NCBI RefSeq assembly: GCF_003704095.1
Contig: NW_020845410.1
Coordinates: forward strand, 620,001-684,000
Direction of reading: 5' to 3'
DNA from: Pocillopora damicornis
Lineage: Eukaryota
Length of the DNA: 64,000 nucleotides
The notes beneath the pieces are model-generated. The model searched no databases and was not told the DNA's origin. It saw only the letters and a list, made by a program, of their open reading frames with translations. The position numbers and the translations under genes are program-made. Positions within the stretch are counted from its first letter, which is position 1, and every line of letters starts with the position of its first letter. Shown piece by piece: positions 35,657 through 52,877 of this stretch.

Positions 35657-38600
35657 CTACTGAATTACACAACCTTTGCTAGTTTCACCCTAAAGAAGAA
35701 GAAAAAAAAACTATTAGTCACTTTAATAATGATAATAATGCATCTATATAAAGCATTATCCATTGTACTATACTCTAATGTTTTTTAAAACACTCTGTGG
35801 GGGATTTTGGCCAGGCTCTTTTGAGCAGTTTCTTATTTTATAAAAGGAAATTTAACATGTGCCCCCAGTTTAGGAATTTTTCAGAAAAAAGGCCAGATAA
35901 TAGGGCACCACATTCTCCTTCGCTATTTTAAGACCCTGATTGTTGGTCTGGACTAGCTCTGCATAGAACTCTGGAGATGAGGCTCACAGTGATCCTCTAA
36001 TGCTTGACCAACAGACTCCACTGAAAAGGGGGAACTGCTTGAAGTCTAACATGAAGCTAAAGCAACTATCAATTGGGTGCAACAAGAGCAGCCATGTCTT
36101 ACCTCACGTTGTCCAGACATCATACTTTGTCGCCGACTGTCAATTTCATCAGTCCTAATGCTGACTTCTTCAACAATTGCAGAAGCTGCTTCCTACAAGA
36201 AATATATGGAGTTATCAATAAGAAAACTGGGCTTCAACAAAATAGCACCATTTCCTCTCCTCAAAAAAAAAGAAAAATAATAATGAAATGTAGATTGTGT
36301 ATCAAATTTTCTCAAACAGGCTTTTGCAGCACGAAGATTCAGGGGTCAAAGTCCACCCAACAAATAGAATACTGGGTTGTGGCGAGACAAGACCAATCAA
36401 TTAATCCAAGCTAAGCTTGCCTTCCACATTTTCAAGCATTTCTCGTGACTCATATATGATATGCCTCAAATTGTTATTGACTCCAAAATTCGCTGTATTT
36501 TTGGACTTAAAACGTGTTTAGGATCATATAGTGCGACAACCTGGCAAGCCCATCTAAGTTAAAGGGGATCTGCTTTGGAATCCCTTGTCAGGGATTACAG
36601 CCTATGTCCCAATAATACTTTTAATCATTGTTTCTTGAAGTATTTTAGTATTATTCTTTTTGACTTTTACGGATTACACCCTACACCATTCACCCCTGAC
36701 TGTGCCATGCCAACTACCAACATTATTAACCCTTACAGAACCTGACAACATCAGAAATGGTAAGAGTAATAATACCTTGCTCCAAGAGGAAAGCCTCTGA
36801 GTTTAAAAATTTACATACCTTTAATTTTCATTTAAATTTGTAGCAGGGAACTGTATACAATTGAAAACTATGATATATTTACAAATTTACAAAAATAAAA
36901 AGAACAAGGTTGATGGATTTAGGTGGCCACATCTCCTGAGAAATTATTTTATTGATCATAAACCTGATGGATTCCTTTCTTGAAAACAAAAATGATTTTA
37001 CTGGTCTAGCTGACCAATTCTGTCTAATGCAAGGTGCCCTAGGTCTTTCAATATCTGTATATGAACTGCACAAAATATAAACTGCTTAACAATGGTTGTC
37101 AATGATATCAATAAACTGTTGTTATAAAGTTCTTTTATCTAATCAGTTGGCTCTGTAATGAAAATGAGCGCAGTCCAAATATCTAAAGGGAATTCCAACT
37201 TGACTGGAAAGTAACTGAAGTTAAAAAATTTCCTCTTCTACATCCTCATCAGCAAATTGACAAACACAGACACAAACCTGGCCATCTGCATCTTTCAACA
37301 CTGTTTTTGTTTCTTTACCAACACCCCAGCTGGCTTTCTGTCTAAATACCAGTTCTGAAGGTGGTTTATGCTGGCCGCCACCTTGGGATGCCCAAATCTA
37401 AAATGAACAAGTTATTTCTTGATTAAAATGATATCAGAAAGTTTCGATGGAAGCATGAATGGCACAGTGCAGAGAGAGTGCCTTCTGGCAATGTAGCCCA
37501 GGTAAAAGTTACCGACATTTACCTCCCCCTAGTCCTTGGGTTTTCCGTCCACAGAAAGAAGACTAACACACTAAATTCATTAACCTACAGACTATGGTAT
37601 AAGTAAATTTTTCAGCTTTCACTTCCACCCCGACTACTGCCATAGACAAGACATATTTCAAGTGAATTCCAAAAGAAAAAAGAAGCATTTTAGATTGTTT
37701 TCTTTCCCTTTTGAACACAAACATAAACTAAATTAAAATAAATTTTCTGTTAGAAATAAAGCATGGGTATTCTTTTTCTCCCTGGTATCCCCTATCTTCC
37801 ATTGATCTTAGATAGTAAACAAAATGTAAAATCACTTACTGTTACATAAAATCCACTTTTCAAGACATATTTCGGTGTGAACTTGTAGATTACAGGTGGT
37901 TCCCCATCTACTGATTTTTCCAAACTCCAGCCACCAAGAGGCATATCCTAGGAAGAGAAAAGATTTAGCAAGTAATTAACTATAATCAAAATCTTCCAAA
38001 AAAAATTAATCCAAAAAGACGGTAATCTGCACTTTCATAACCCTTGACACAGATAAGGAACCCAAAATTGAATGCAAGAATGGGAGAAAAAAAAGGTAGG
38101 GATTTAACAACCAAAGGCTAAAAACTTTCTTCCACTAAAAATTTTACATTCTGGAGTAACTCCCACTCTGCGAAGTTTAACTAAAATTAACATTTTCCAA
38201 TTCTTAAAACAAAATAAACAATCATGAAAACTCATCAGCTTATCATGAATAAATTGAAAGACTCACATTGGCTCCACTGTTGAACAGCTTGACAAAGGTA
38301 CCATCTGCACTTGCCTCTTTTATCTGAATGTAACCTTTGTTTGAATACTTAGTTTCTACAGTCTCTTCCTCTGTGCGGATTCGCTTAGCAGAACGTCTGC
38401 CACTTTTTGCAGAAGCTCCAAATACTGGGGAAGCTGGGGGAGTTATGTTCAACCTGAAGGATAACTGTGCCTGTTAGAAACTTAACATTTATTTTCTTAC
38501 TGCTCTCTCTTATGGACTAATAACACTTGGCAACAACCCCAGGGTTGTGGCTAAGGAAACAATAAACGAGAAATGAGCCTGCTCAAAGAGAAATCTTGTC

Positions 38601-41600
38601 ACAAAATATTGGTCCCAGTCTCTTCCATTACCCTTCACAATTAGGCTACCAAGCTTCATATTTTACAATATGGCCAATGCAGGACATTGAATGAGAACAA
38701 TGCAAACAACTGATCATAACTGGATTTTACTCAATATGTCTTATTTGTTTAAGTGGCAATGGTACTCAAGATGGCAAGGAGTTTACTTAATCCTTTTCAC
38801 TGAGATTTTTTTTGATACGAACAGTTGTGTATGTATGACCTAAAAAATATTCACATCCCTTTACTAAGTAATCACCAGCCAAAATCCAAGTGGCAAATTT
38901 TGTTGACAGCCAGTGCCTAAGGAAAATACTGTAACCCTGATCCATTTATTACTATTTTAAAACTAACAGAACACAGTTTCAATGCACCTTGATTCCTCTC
39001 CTTCTAACATCTTTCTGTAAGTCAAAATCTCCAGATCAAGAGCAGTCTTCACTCCCATAAGATCCTCATATTCCCTGAGTTGAGCATCAATTCTCTTGCG
39101 TAGTTCTTTGATTTGTGCATCTCTGTTTGCTATTGCCTCATCAGCTATCTTTTGGTCACTAGCACGCAAACTTTCTAAGTCTTCAATTCTTTGTAACAAG
39201 CTTGAATTCTGTGGGTTTGAAAAAGGTTAGCAACTATTACTTCAAGTTTAAGACTTCTGCTCTCTCTAATAGAGTCTGATTCACCTTTCAAAAACACAAA
39301 AAAGTTTCAACATCAGCCCATGTAAATAAAATAGCCATCATTAATGTTCTACATATATATACCTTGGACTGCAACTGGTTTAGTTCTGATTTGATATTTT
39401 CAACAGTGATTGACAAAGTTCTTTTTTCTTCTCTGATCAGTGTCAACTCCTCCAAATCCTTTGTGTTCATCCTCTGGAGTTCATCATACTTGAAAAGAAA
39501 AAAAAAATATTTATTACCAGGGTGTTAACTCTTTAACTCCCAGATCAATTTTGTAATTCTCCTTACTGTCAATCATACAATTCTTATAATGTTAGTTCAG
39601 AGAATTTTGTATTGGATCAACTAATTATTCCCAAATTGATATTTTTCTTTATTCTCATCACTAATCTAGTTGATGTTGTATTGACATTGTAAGGAGAAAT
39701 TCTGTCTTGGTCACTCATGGGAGTTTAAGGGTTAATAAGCTTGAAGTAGATGGCAGATCAGAAAAAGCAGGTGGTTGGGTTATCATGGACACCATGTTGT
39801 ATCATCAGATTACAAATAAGGATGGGAACTATTCAGTTAAAAAATCCAAGGCACTAACCCAAACTTCAAATATAGAAACATCTAAACCTATTACTGATAA
39901 ATAATGCATCCAATTCCACTTAAAAATAGGAGATGTCTGCTATGCAAATTCTCTGTGATGGTATTTTGAACAACAATTGTACTGGTTTTTTTTAATATTC
40001 TATTTGTATATAAGGATGTACAGTAAACTGGGTGGAAATAGCCAGCTAATGATGGCAGACTAGCTGATAACTTTGGTGGCATGTGGGCTCTTAATGTCAG
40101 CTCTGACTACATACTTAACTATCATGAAATACTGGGAAGTTTCCTGTTCACAACTTTTAATCTCAAGATCTTATTAGTAATTCTCCTTACTGTCTGCTAC
40201 ACAATTCTTAATGTGTTCCTTTGGACAATTTGTATTGGATCAATTCAATAATCCCCCAATTGATATTTTCTTTTCTGTTACACACTCATTGGAGTTAGAG
40301 GGGTCTGAAGCACACTTACCATTTACATTATCACTATGTAAAGAAACAATGTTGTCGTTGTAAGCAGGCACATGTATTTCCACATCAACTCTTTAACTTT
40401 CAGATCAAATTTGTAATTCTCCTTACTGTCTACTGTACAATTCTTACAATGTTAGCACAGAGAATTTAGTATTGGATCAACATATTATCCCCAAATTGAA
40501 ATTTTTCTTTATTTGCATCACTTATCTGGTTGATGTTGTATTGATATTGTAAGGAGAAATTCTGTTTTGGTCACTCATGGGAGTTAAAGGGTTAAGGTGC
40601 ATTGAACAATTTGTATTGGACATTTTAAATTTACCAACATAACTGAGGTTGAATTCAACCTCGCTTCATGCCTTCTATTTGAAAAGATGGGGCTTAATGT
40701 TCATCAATAGAGATCTCTACCTTAGCACCATAAAGACCATCAGTTTCATCTTTATATTGCCTGGCCTCGCTATCAAACATCTCTCTCAGTTCATGTAGCT
40801 TTTCTGACAAGATTCCTTCATATCTGTTCTTCGCTTCAGCTTCTATTTTGCTGCGCTGTGACTCTACACTTTGTAACTGAGAACGGATCTCAATCATTTC
40901 CTGAAGAAACAAAGAAATGATTCCCGGTTAATTCTATATTCCTTTTAGAGAAAAAAAATAGACTTTTTGGACATCTTTTCAATATAATGCTGCCCTCCAT
41001 TTTTTTCATTCTACCACTATAAGTTTTGGTTCTAACAAACATTAAAAATATTGATCGACAAAGTTTAAATTCATGATAAAAAATTCACTGTGGAACAAAG
41101 TCAAGTTTACCTGTACTTTAATTCCTTATCATCTGATATCAGAGATAAATTTATAAACGTGCAATTGAAAGTACAAATTTCACAAATGTGATCCTGATTT
41201 TGTTATATTTTCCACCATTGCCTCTGTTGGAATTTTGTTATTTCACAACTATAAAACTGGAGAGTTTTCCTTCAAACAAAAATCTAAGAAGTTTTTGCTT
41301 CTAAAAGTCACTGCTTATTCCCTGTGCAGAAATGTTGATTTGGATTTTAAAAGCAATGATAATTTTGGCTCAAAAGTCAAATAAAAGTCAAACTTTTACC
41401 TTACTGTACATCTCTTTCTTGAAATTGAGTTCTTCTTCTTTGGACTGGAGTTTGTTCTCGAGGTCCACTCTTGATAGGGTCTCCTGCTCAAGGGCATATT
41501 TAGCTGATTCCAAAGCATCCTTCAGTTCTTGGCACTCTTTCCTTAGGTCCTGGATAACTGCTTCTAACTTCTTTGCCTCTTGATTTACATTTGCTAGCTG

Positions 41601-43034
41601 TGCATCTCGATCACACAACTTTCTCTGAGATGCTTTCAAGGCATCTTCACTGTTCTTGTGTGCTGCAGCTGCTTTCTCAAACCTTTGATGTCATAAACAA
41701 ATAGTCAGTGGAGAGTGTGACATTGAACACAAAAGACAGCTATAAACATCAGCATGCTATTGATAAACACAAACCCTTCACATGCTTTCAAAAAAACCCA
41801 TCTCATTGAAATTTATTGACAATTTTGAATATTTTCGAGGAATTTGCATAATCTTTACCATAATATGCTGCACCTTCCGTTTAGCAAATACTCTAAATAT
41901 TCAAGGAATATAAAACGGTAAAATGTGAGCCATTCAACGTAAGTTTATTCACTTTTTGTAGGAACTGGATGGGACCAAAGCCTAGAAATAAGTTCAAATC
42001 AACAAAGGGTCTGACAATGAGAAAATTAGCATGCTGAACAAAGGAGGTTTCACAAAGTTCAATTTAAAAAAAGTTTGCTCCATGTTTTACATCAAAATAT
42101 TTAAAGGAACTTACGCGTGACCAGTCAGCGTAGCTAGTGTCTCTAGTAGGATAACTTTACAAAATGCTCTCGCCTCAAAATGACCGCTCGGTAACTGATC
42201 TACGTGGTTTACAATGATAACAATAATTTTTTTACCCGACGCTAGCCTAGGAAACACCCATTACAATGCTGTCTAGGGAGTAACGTAGATGTCTCTCCCG
42301 AATAATCACGAATATTGATGCAAACGTTCGTTTGAGTTCGTATAATGTAATTGATGAAATCGACATGCGGGTAACGGAATCAACAAGTTTCCATTTCACC
42401 TCAGTCTCGGTTGTTTGAACAGAACGAGTGAAGAAGATGACCGAGCCAGCCGAATAAATTAAGACTACGATCATGCTCATGACATTAGCTTCCACGTGCA
42501 GGCAATAACGTCCGAGAGCGCGACCGTCATCAATTTATACTCCTAACGCAACTTTGGAAAACCACTTATCAACCAACCGAAAAGAACTCTTCAAGCGAAA
42601 ATTCAGTTATTTTAGAAGGAAACAATTGCTTTTGAAAACAGACAGCCTGCCCATTGGTTTATGAAAAAAAGGTTAACTTACTTCTTCTTGAATTCCTCAA
42701 CCAGTGCGGAGTTCTTCTTGTTCTCGATCTGCTCGCGTGCCTTGTCCTTTGCGACCTCGTCCAACAACCTCCTCACATCCCTCAGCTCTGCTTCAAGCGA
42801 GTTCCTCACGGTTTCAATTTCAGTCTGTTTTTTGCTCGTTATCACAGTAATTTCTGCTGTCAACTTGCTGTTCGTTTCTTCCAAGAATTTGACTCTGTCA
42901 ATGTAAACGGCGAGACGATCGTTCAAGTGTTGAAGTTCTTCCTTTTCTTGAATCCGGGTCATCTTCGTCGGGGAGGCCACCTCGACCCTCGCTGAAGACG
43001 CCGGAGTGCGAGGTGATATTACAGTTGTAGCCAT
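35657..43034 (-). CDS. LMN: Nuclear lamin (B-type, CaaX = CVIQ)
   Basis: Head with a CDK site (ASPTKMTR), coil 1[13 protein letters not shown], coil 2 end [28 protein letters not shown], Ig-fold LTD (LGGWSL...YKFTPKY...IWASQGG...PPSELV), last exon 35657-35689 [10 protein letters not shown]. Exon 1 42682-43034 (phase 2) joins exon 2 starting at 41682. Confidence 0.95.
39525..39735. mobile_element. ~210-bp TTAA-flanked MITE (piggyBac-like ends); related copies at 40385-40595, ~49810-50020, ~54897-55110, partial ~40150-40300 and ~32420-32590
   Basis: The ends are ttaactctttaactccc ... gggagtttaagggttaa. The copy at 40385-40595 has a near-identical body. A second subfamily (aaccctttaacccctaagagtgac...aaagggttaa) lies in CDK7 and DNAAF4 introns. 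Confidence 0.7.
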
Positions 43035-44056
43035 TTTGGAAAGTAAGCTAAACTCAAAGCAAAGTAAAACAAAATTCGCTCAGAAGTTAAGACTTCTAGA
43101 ACCGCGCAGAAATCTGCTCAAGTTTTGGCGGTTCTCTACTGACATGTGACTAGATTTGACCAATAAGAGAGTGCGTTCTTTGAAAAATTCTTTCAAAGCA
43201 AATAAATGATTGGTTAAAATTGAGGCGTGACTTTTACAGTAACGGTCACGGTATGAAACGTATAACTCCCGTATAGTCTGATCCCGCTCGTAAAATGCAT
43301 TGGAGAACGTGAAGTAGAATTAAATACTTTCACAAACGCACACATAAATATCTTCCGTATCAGGTGATAACTTAAATTTGATATATTATCCCTTTCAGTT
43401 TCGACTCGAACACCGCTGGTCGAATGGTAACTCAAGAAGAATCAGCCTTTCGAACAACTATTTCACATTTCGCACTTTCAAAAACACAAATATCGCTTAA
43501 GAAAAATATGGCAACCGATCCTTTATTCACTTTGAATTCTTCCTCCGCGAAAGCGTCTTCAGGATGATGGAAATGATGCACAGGCTACCCAGGCGGGGAT
43601 AAAGTCGCGCCCAAATGTTATTGGAAATATTGACAAGAAATGTTACCATGAAAAAAAGAAAAAAGAAAACAAAACAAAACATGTTTACGACTTCTGTTTT
43701 AGCTCATGGTATTCTCGAAGAAGTAAAGTTCACTCGAATATCATGACCTCCTCTATGGAAGGATCGTTGAAATGGTTGGCACCATTGTTACCCTGGGAAA
43801 AAGCAAATCAAGGAAACTCCGTCTTCCCTATGATTACCCCAAAAACAAACATTCCCAATTCCAATTCGACCTGGAAACAGTGGACAAGAAGAGAATCTCC
43901 GTGACNNNNNNNNNNNNNNNNNNNNNNNNNNNNNNNNNNNNNNNNNNNNNNNNNNNNNNNNNNNNNNNNNNNNNNNNNNNNNNNNNNNNNNNNNNNNNNN
44001 NNNNNNNNNNNNNNNNNNNNNNNNNNNNNNNNNNNNNNNNNNNNNNNNNNNNNNNN

Positions 44057-44448
44057 TTCGACTCTTGCTATTTTCACACTTTCTCGCACCTCTTCTACTT
44101 CGCTGTAAGGAGACCAAAACGACTGCTGAGTACGATAAAATAATTCGAGTAAGGGGGCTAAAATTTCATAGAGGGAGGGTAAGAGCTCGAGTTTTAAAGA
44201 ACTTTGTAAGCTAACCTCTCCCTCTGTTACCTTAGTCCAATTACTCACCATGCCTCATTTTTGAGCTTTTTATTTTCCTCTTCCAGATTCCTGACTTTTT
44301 CTATGTAAGCCGCAAAACGGTCGTTTAAATTTCTCAGATCGTCTTTCTCTTTAGCAAGAGACATCTTCCTTTTGTTGCGCGTAAGTAGATCTCCGGTCGA
44401 AGAAGTTCGAGTTGAGTGCCAAGACGGCGATTTTACAACAGAAACCAT
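44057..44448 (-). CDS. Extra intermediate-filament head + coil 1A exons upstream of lamin (44249-44448; 44102 into gap): alternative lamin 5' end or truncated paralog
   Basis: MVSVVKSPSW...KEKDDLRNLNDRFAAYIEKVRNLEEENKKLKNEA ends at a GTGAGT donor in phase 2. The next acceptor ccttacag|C continues EVEEVRESVKIARVE into the N gap. Confidence 0.75.
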
Positions 44449-45244
44449 GTCAGAAAGTACACTAAACATTAATGAAAACTGCAAAGAGACAACAACTGTG
44501 CAGAGGGTTTCAGCGTTTTAAGAAATCAATGGAATCTTGGCCTGAGTAACAAATCCTTTTCTTGTCACCTTTTCTCTATTCGCTGTCACTTTTGAAAGCT
44601 GCTCTTACCAGTCACTCACCTGAAATACAGTTCTCTGTTAAAATTAAATTCACTTCATAAATAGCGCGACGTACGTAATTGTGTGCGTCATCAGTTGCTC
44701 GAGCAATTGGAACATGGTACATGTCGAAGAACGAGAGTTACTGTGGTCAGTAAAAGAAAATTGACATTTTATTTTCTTGTTTTCTCGAATTATTTTTCAA
44801 TTGTTGGATTTTATGATTCTCCTACTCAGTAACCTAACCTTCATGTCCGATCCTAATCTCGTACCCCGACCTCACACTGCCAAGAAATTTCATTTACTAT
44901 TAGACGTTAGGATCTGGGTTCGAGATTAATTTGGTTCTTGTTACGCAAGTTACGCGTCAGTGTGGGAAAAGCTGTCCTGCTCTCACTCATCCTCCATACT
45001 ATATCAATTGCAATTGCTTCCCAGAGCTCAACAGAACGTTGCACGGATTTCCTCTCTTCCTCCCAATTGCCCACCATGAAAGAGAAGAAAAAGGCCTGGT
45101 TACATCTCACCCCTATTCATGTAGAAACACGGCCTTTTCTGGAGACGGGATCGGGATCATTGAGTGAAAACTTTCCAACGCAAAATATTCCAACGCGTAA
45201 TAGGTTTGGGATTGGACAATATGACAGGTGTTTATGAAAGGGGT

Positions 45245-46795
45245 TTATCTGCAAGGGTTGTCGTTACTTCCTTTGATTAACAATGAATGAGTTGCCAGTA
45301 ATCGGATCCTTGCGTTTGCGCACAGGTTTCTGGGATCACCACGGGGCAAACATTGCAACTCGCCTTGGATATGGCGAAAGGTTGTTTCGACGTCCGAAAA
45401 AACGATTTTGGAGAGTGATTATCGCTTTTTCGCCGCAGTTTCATCATAAATAGGCGAAGATAATGTCGATACAAGGGAAGTGTAAGTTTTACCACGAAAT
45501 ATGCTTTAAAATAGACCGACAGACTTCTCTCCTTGCATAGGATTTATAATGGTAATAGGACCGAGTGGAGTCCAATTCGTTCTGTAATCATACGAGTGAT
45601 TAACAAAATCGGAGGACCGCGAAGCGGGAGTCCGATTTGACAATCACGAGTAGGGACATCTCCAGTAGGGACAATGTCTAAAGCAAAAAAATTAGGAAAT
45701 TTCCCAGTTTTTTTTTTCTTTAGCTTTTCTGTGATTGGTGGATTCAGCTGAGTGGACTTAGTATGATTGGCTGCTTCAACTTTCTGCCTGCAGGTGTCCG
45801 ATTACAGCCAACAGTCCGATTACACTGTCCGATTACAACTTTACAAAGTGATTAGTGAAATATAGAGCAGCTGATGCACCAATCACATGTGAGGAAATTG
45901 TAATGGTTATGATTAACTGTAGAATCGTCATCGCGTAATGGTCTCGAAATATTTCAAATTAGCAATAAATTGCTAGGAAATGACTCATTTCAGTCTTTTC
46001 AGTTGTATTTCTACGTGAATAGCCTGTTTTTATACTTGTTAACGTATTAAATAGACAAATTACGACGTTTGAAAATACACCTCCCTAAAGGAGAGAGGTC
46101 GTTGTCAGCGGAGATGGAAATTGTCTTTACCGAGTTGTTGTTCTCTGAAAGGATGAAATAACTTATGAAAAAAATGAGGAAATCCCTTGGTCAAGTGATA
46201 CTTTGTTTGAGAAAAATCCAAGTCTTTGAGCTGCAACTTCTCTTCTCGAACTTCTTGGAGGATCTTGCCAGGAAAAGCAAGATCACGGGAACCTCGGCAG
46301 AAACTGTGGACATGTAATCAGTTGTTCATCGCTCCTTAGGCGACCCATTTGTACCTACCCATCGTCACAAAAGAAAGGGTTCAGCTTTAAGCAGACTTCC
46401 AGCGCTCTGTTGTATAACCAAGCCACAAAAATAGATAGAGGTAGACTTAAAACACGTCCATAAGACTAATAAGGCTTTGTCGAGTTATTTCTTGGCAATT
46501 TATAGTTAGTTTTTCTAAATTCGATACCATTACGTGATGTCAAATTCACAACACACATTGCGCACGCATGAAGACAAGTTAATGATAAAACAGCGGCGAA
46601 AAAGCAACCATCTCTCTCCAAAATCGTTCTTTTGGTCGTCGGAATAACCTTTCGCCAAACATTTCCTTCTAGCGAGTTGCAGTGTTTGCCTCGTGGCGAA
46701 CCCAGAATTCTGTGCGCAAACACAAGGATCCGATTACTGGCAACTCGTTCATTTAATCCATTGCGTTTTATGGAAGACTTGATTTGCAGAGACCA
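45245..46795. mobile_element. ~1.55-kb element with ~200-bp terminal inverted repeats and an internal decayed OTU-like protease fragment
   Basis: gagttgccagtaatcggatccttgcgtttgcgcacag (~45289) is the reverse complement of ctgtgcgcaaacacaaggatccgattactggcaactc (~46710). The + strand at ~46095-46330 reads VVVSGDGNCLYRVV...KSKITGTSAETVD with stops. Confidence 0.6.
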
Positions 46796-47758
46796 CCATT
46801 TTCGATCTTCAGAAATTGATGATCCTAACAATATATAAAACTGAGAGAATTACTTCCTTCAGTAACTAGGGTTTTTTTTCTTTGCTGCATGTCTACACAC
46901 ACGTTTCTATATCTTTCTTAAATTAAATGTTGACGTCGATTCGTTTTTTCATCTACGGTATGTACATTTATGAGTATCATAGCTTGCATTAACATACAGC
47001 GAACACTTCTCAATTCCAAAATCAATACGAGAGCTTCACGTCTCTACTTAACTCTACCGATAATATGCGCCATTTTTTTTTTAAACAGTTGACCATTTTT
47101 CGGGTGAACGTAATGTCACTCTCAAAGCGAAATTTTGGGCCGACTCCTCCCCTGTGGTTCCCCTTTTTTGATACGCACGAGCGGGAGACTGGCACTATCA
47201 TGAAAAAGGGACAGTGGCGCTTTCCTTGAGTTAGATGTTCTTGTGAACTGGTGTTTGTGAATAGGGTACTTTCAACGACAGTTTCGCTTAGCATGCGCAA
47301 CTGTCAAAGTTTACCTCCGAAACTTCGGTTGCGAGGACATTATTGTACGCTCTCCATGATCATCGTTCAACTTGCTCTTTTGAGGGCCATCCTGAACTGA
47401 AAGAACGCTTAGCCAATGGCCATAGCGTGGTTGATGTCCTCCTCGTCGGTCGTTTCGTGTCAAATATCACACAACATAAAAATCCCTAAACGAGAGTTTG
47501 CCACGCTGGAACGTGGTTCGTACAACTTGGGAAACAATAAATGGATAATTCTTTGCCTTTGACAGAAATCACACTAGAATACCAGCTTTTTTGCTCTGAT
47601 AGTTCCTAGAAAATGAAAGAGCAAAAATTACACATTCAGCTAATAAAGGACTCCTGCTTAATTCAGCGCTTATGTGCTACTTTTCAGAGATGGTGACGGC
47701 CCGATGCTTCCTTTTTTACACGGAACAATTTTGCATGCAAAAGGTCGTTTAAAATTGG

Positions 47759-51848
<4,090 letters not shown>

Positions 51849-52877
51849 TTTGATTCTTCTTTTCCTTCATTTGGGACTGGGTACTAAAATCTGGATAACT
51901 ACGTCTTGTACTACAGCATGTATTTTTCCATAAACCTCGCCGCAAAATTACCATTCTGACCACACTTTTAGTCCCTCCTTTTCGGCGGATTCCTTGTGCA
52001 AGTCAAAAAGCGGAAAAAAAAAAAAAAAAAGATGTTTGATGTTAGCGCGCCGCGCAGAACCCTGGGCACATCAATTTTTTTCCACTAATTTTTTGTGACT
52101 CGCGCGACGGACTTCGCCCGAAAGGAGGGACTGCTCGTAGTCTAACTTGAAAAGTACCTCAGGTATTTAAGGCAAACGTCTAATGAGTAGAAACTCAACA
52201 CTGGAGATGTTACACGGTTGTTAGCCACAAAAATGAGAGTTTGAACCTTTTCTTCAAGCTTACTCCGGAAAGAGTCACAGTTTCGGCAAGAAAGGCTCGG
52301 TAACTGGACGCACTTTAGTGAAAATGAGCATAAAACTGTTTGGCACGCGTAAACTATTTTGCGGTTGGAAGAGTTTCTGTATATAAAAAAAGTTGTTTTC
52401 ACGTCTTGTCCTCTTTATTAAGAGTAAAAATACTGTCACAGTTTTCAGAGTTTGAATGGACAGTTTTCTTTTTTAAAATTGACATTCTATTGAGGGGAAG
52501 AAAGCTCACTGGTACAGTAAAGAGAATCACATATTTTTATTTCTTTGATTTCTCGAGTCTTGATCTCGGGATAAAGCGAACGGTGAGGTGATCTGTCGGT
52601 GGAATTTTCACCTTTTCCTAAACATCAATGGTTGCTGAGATACTTTAAATTCAAATTTTTCATTGATTTTTTCAACATTGCGTATGCTTCAGCTAAGTCA
52701 TAGAGCAGTTTAACCCTGTACAAATAATTTAACGTACAAATCGCTGTCCATTGTTGAATTTCAGGTCTAAGGTTCATTCGCTCATCAAAGTGGTCTATTC
52801 CTCAGACCGAAAGCATCAGACTCTTACAGAAAGTGCGACTTTTTCATCATCATTCGATGACATAATTTATTCTGAAG

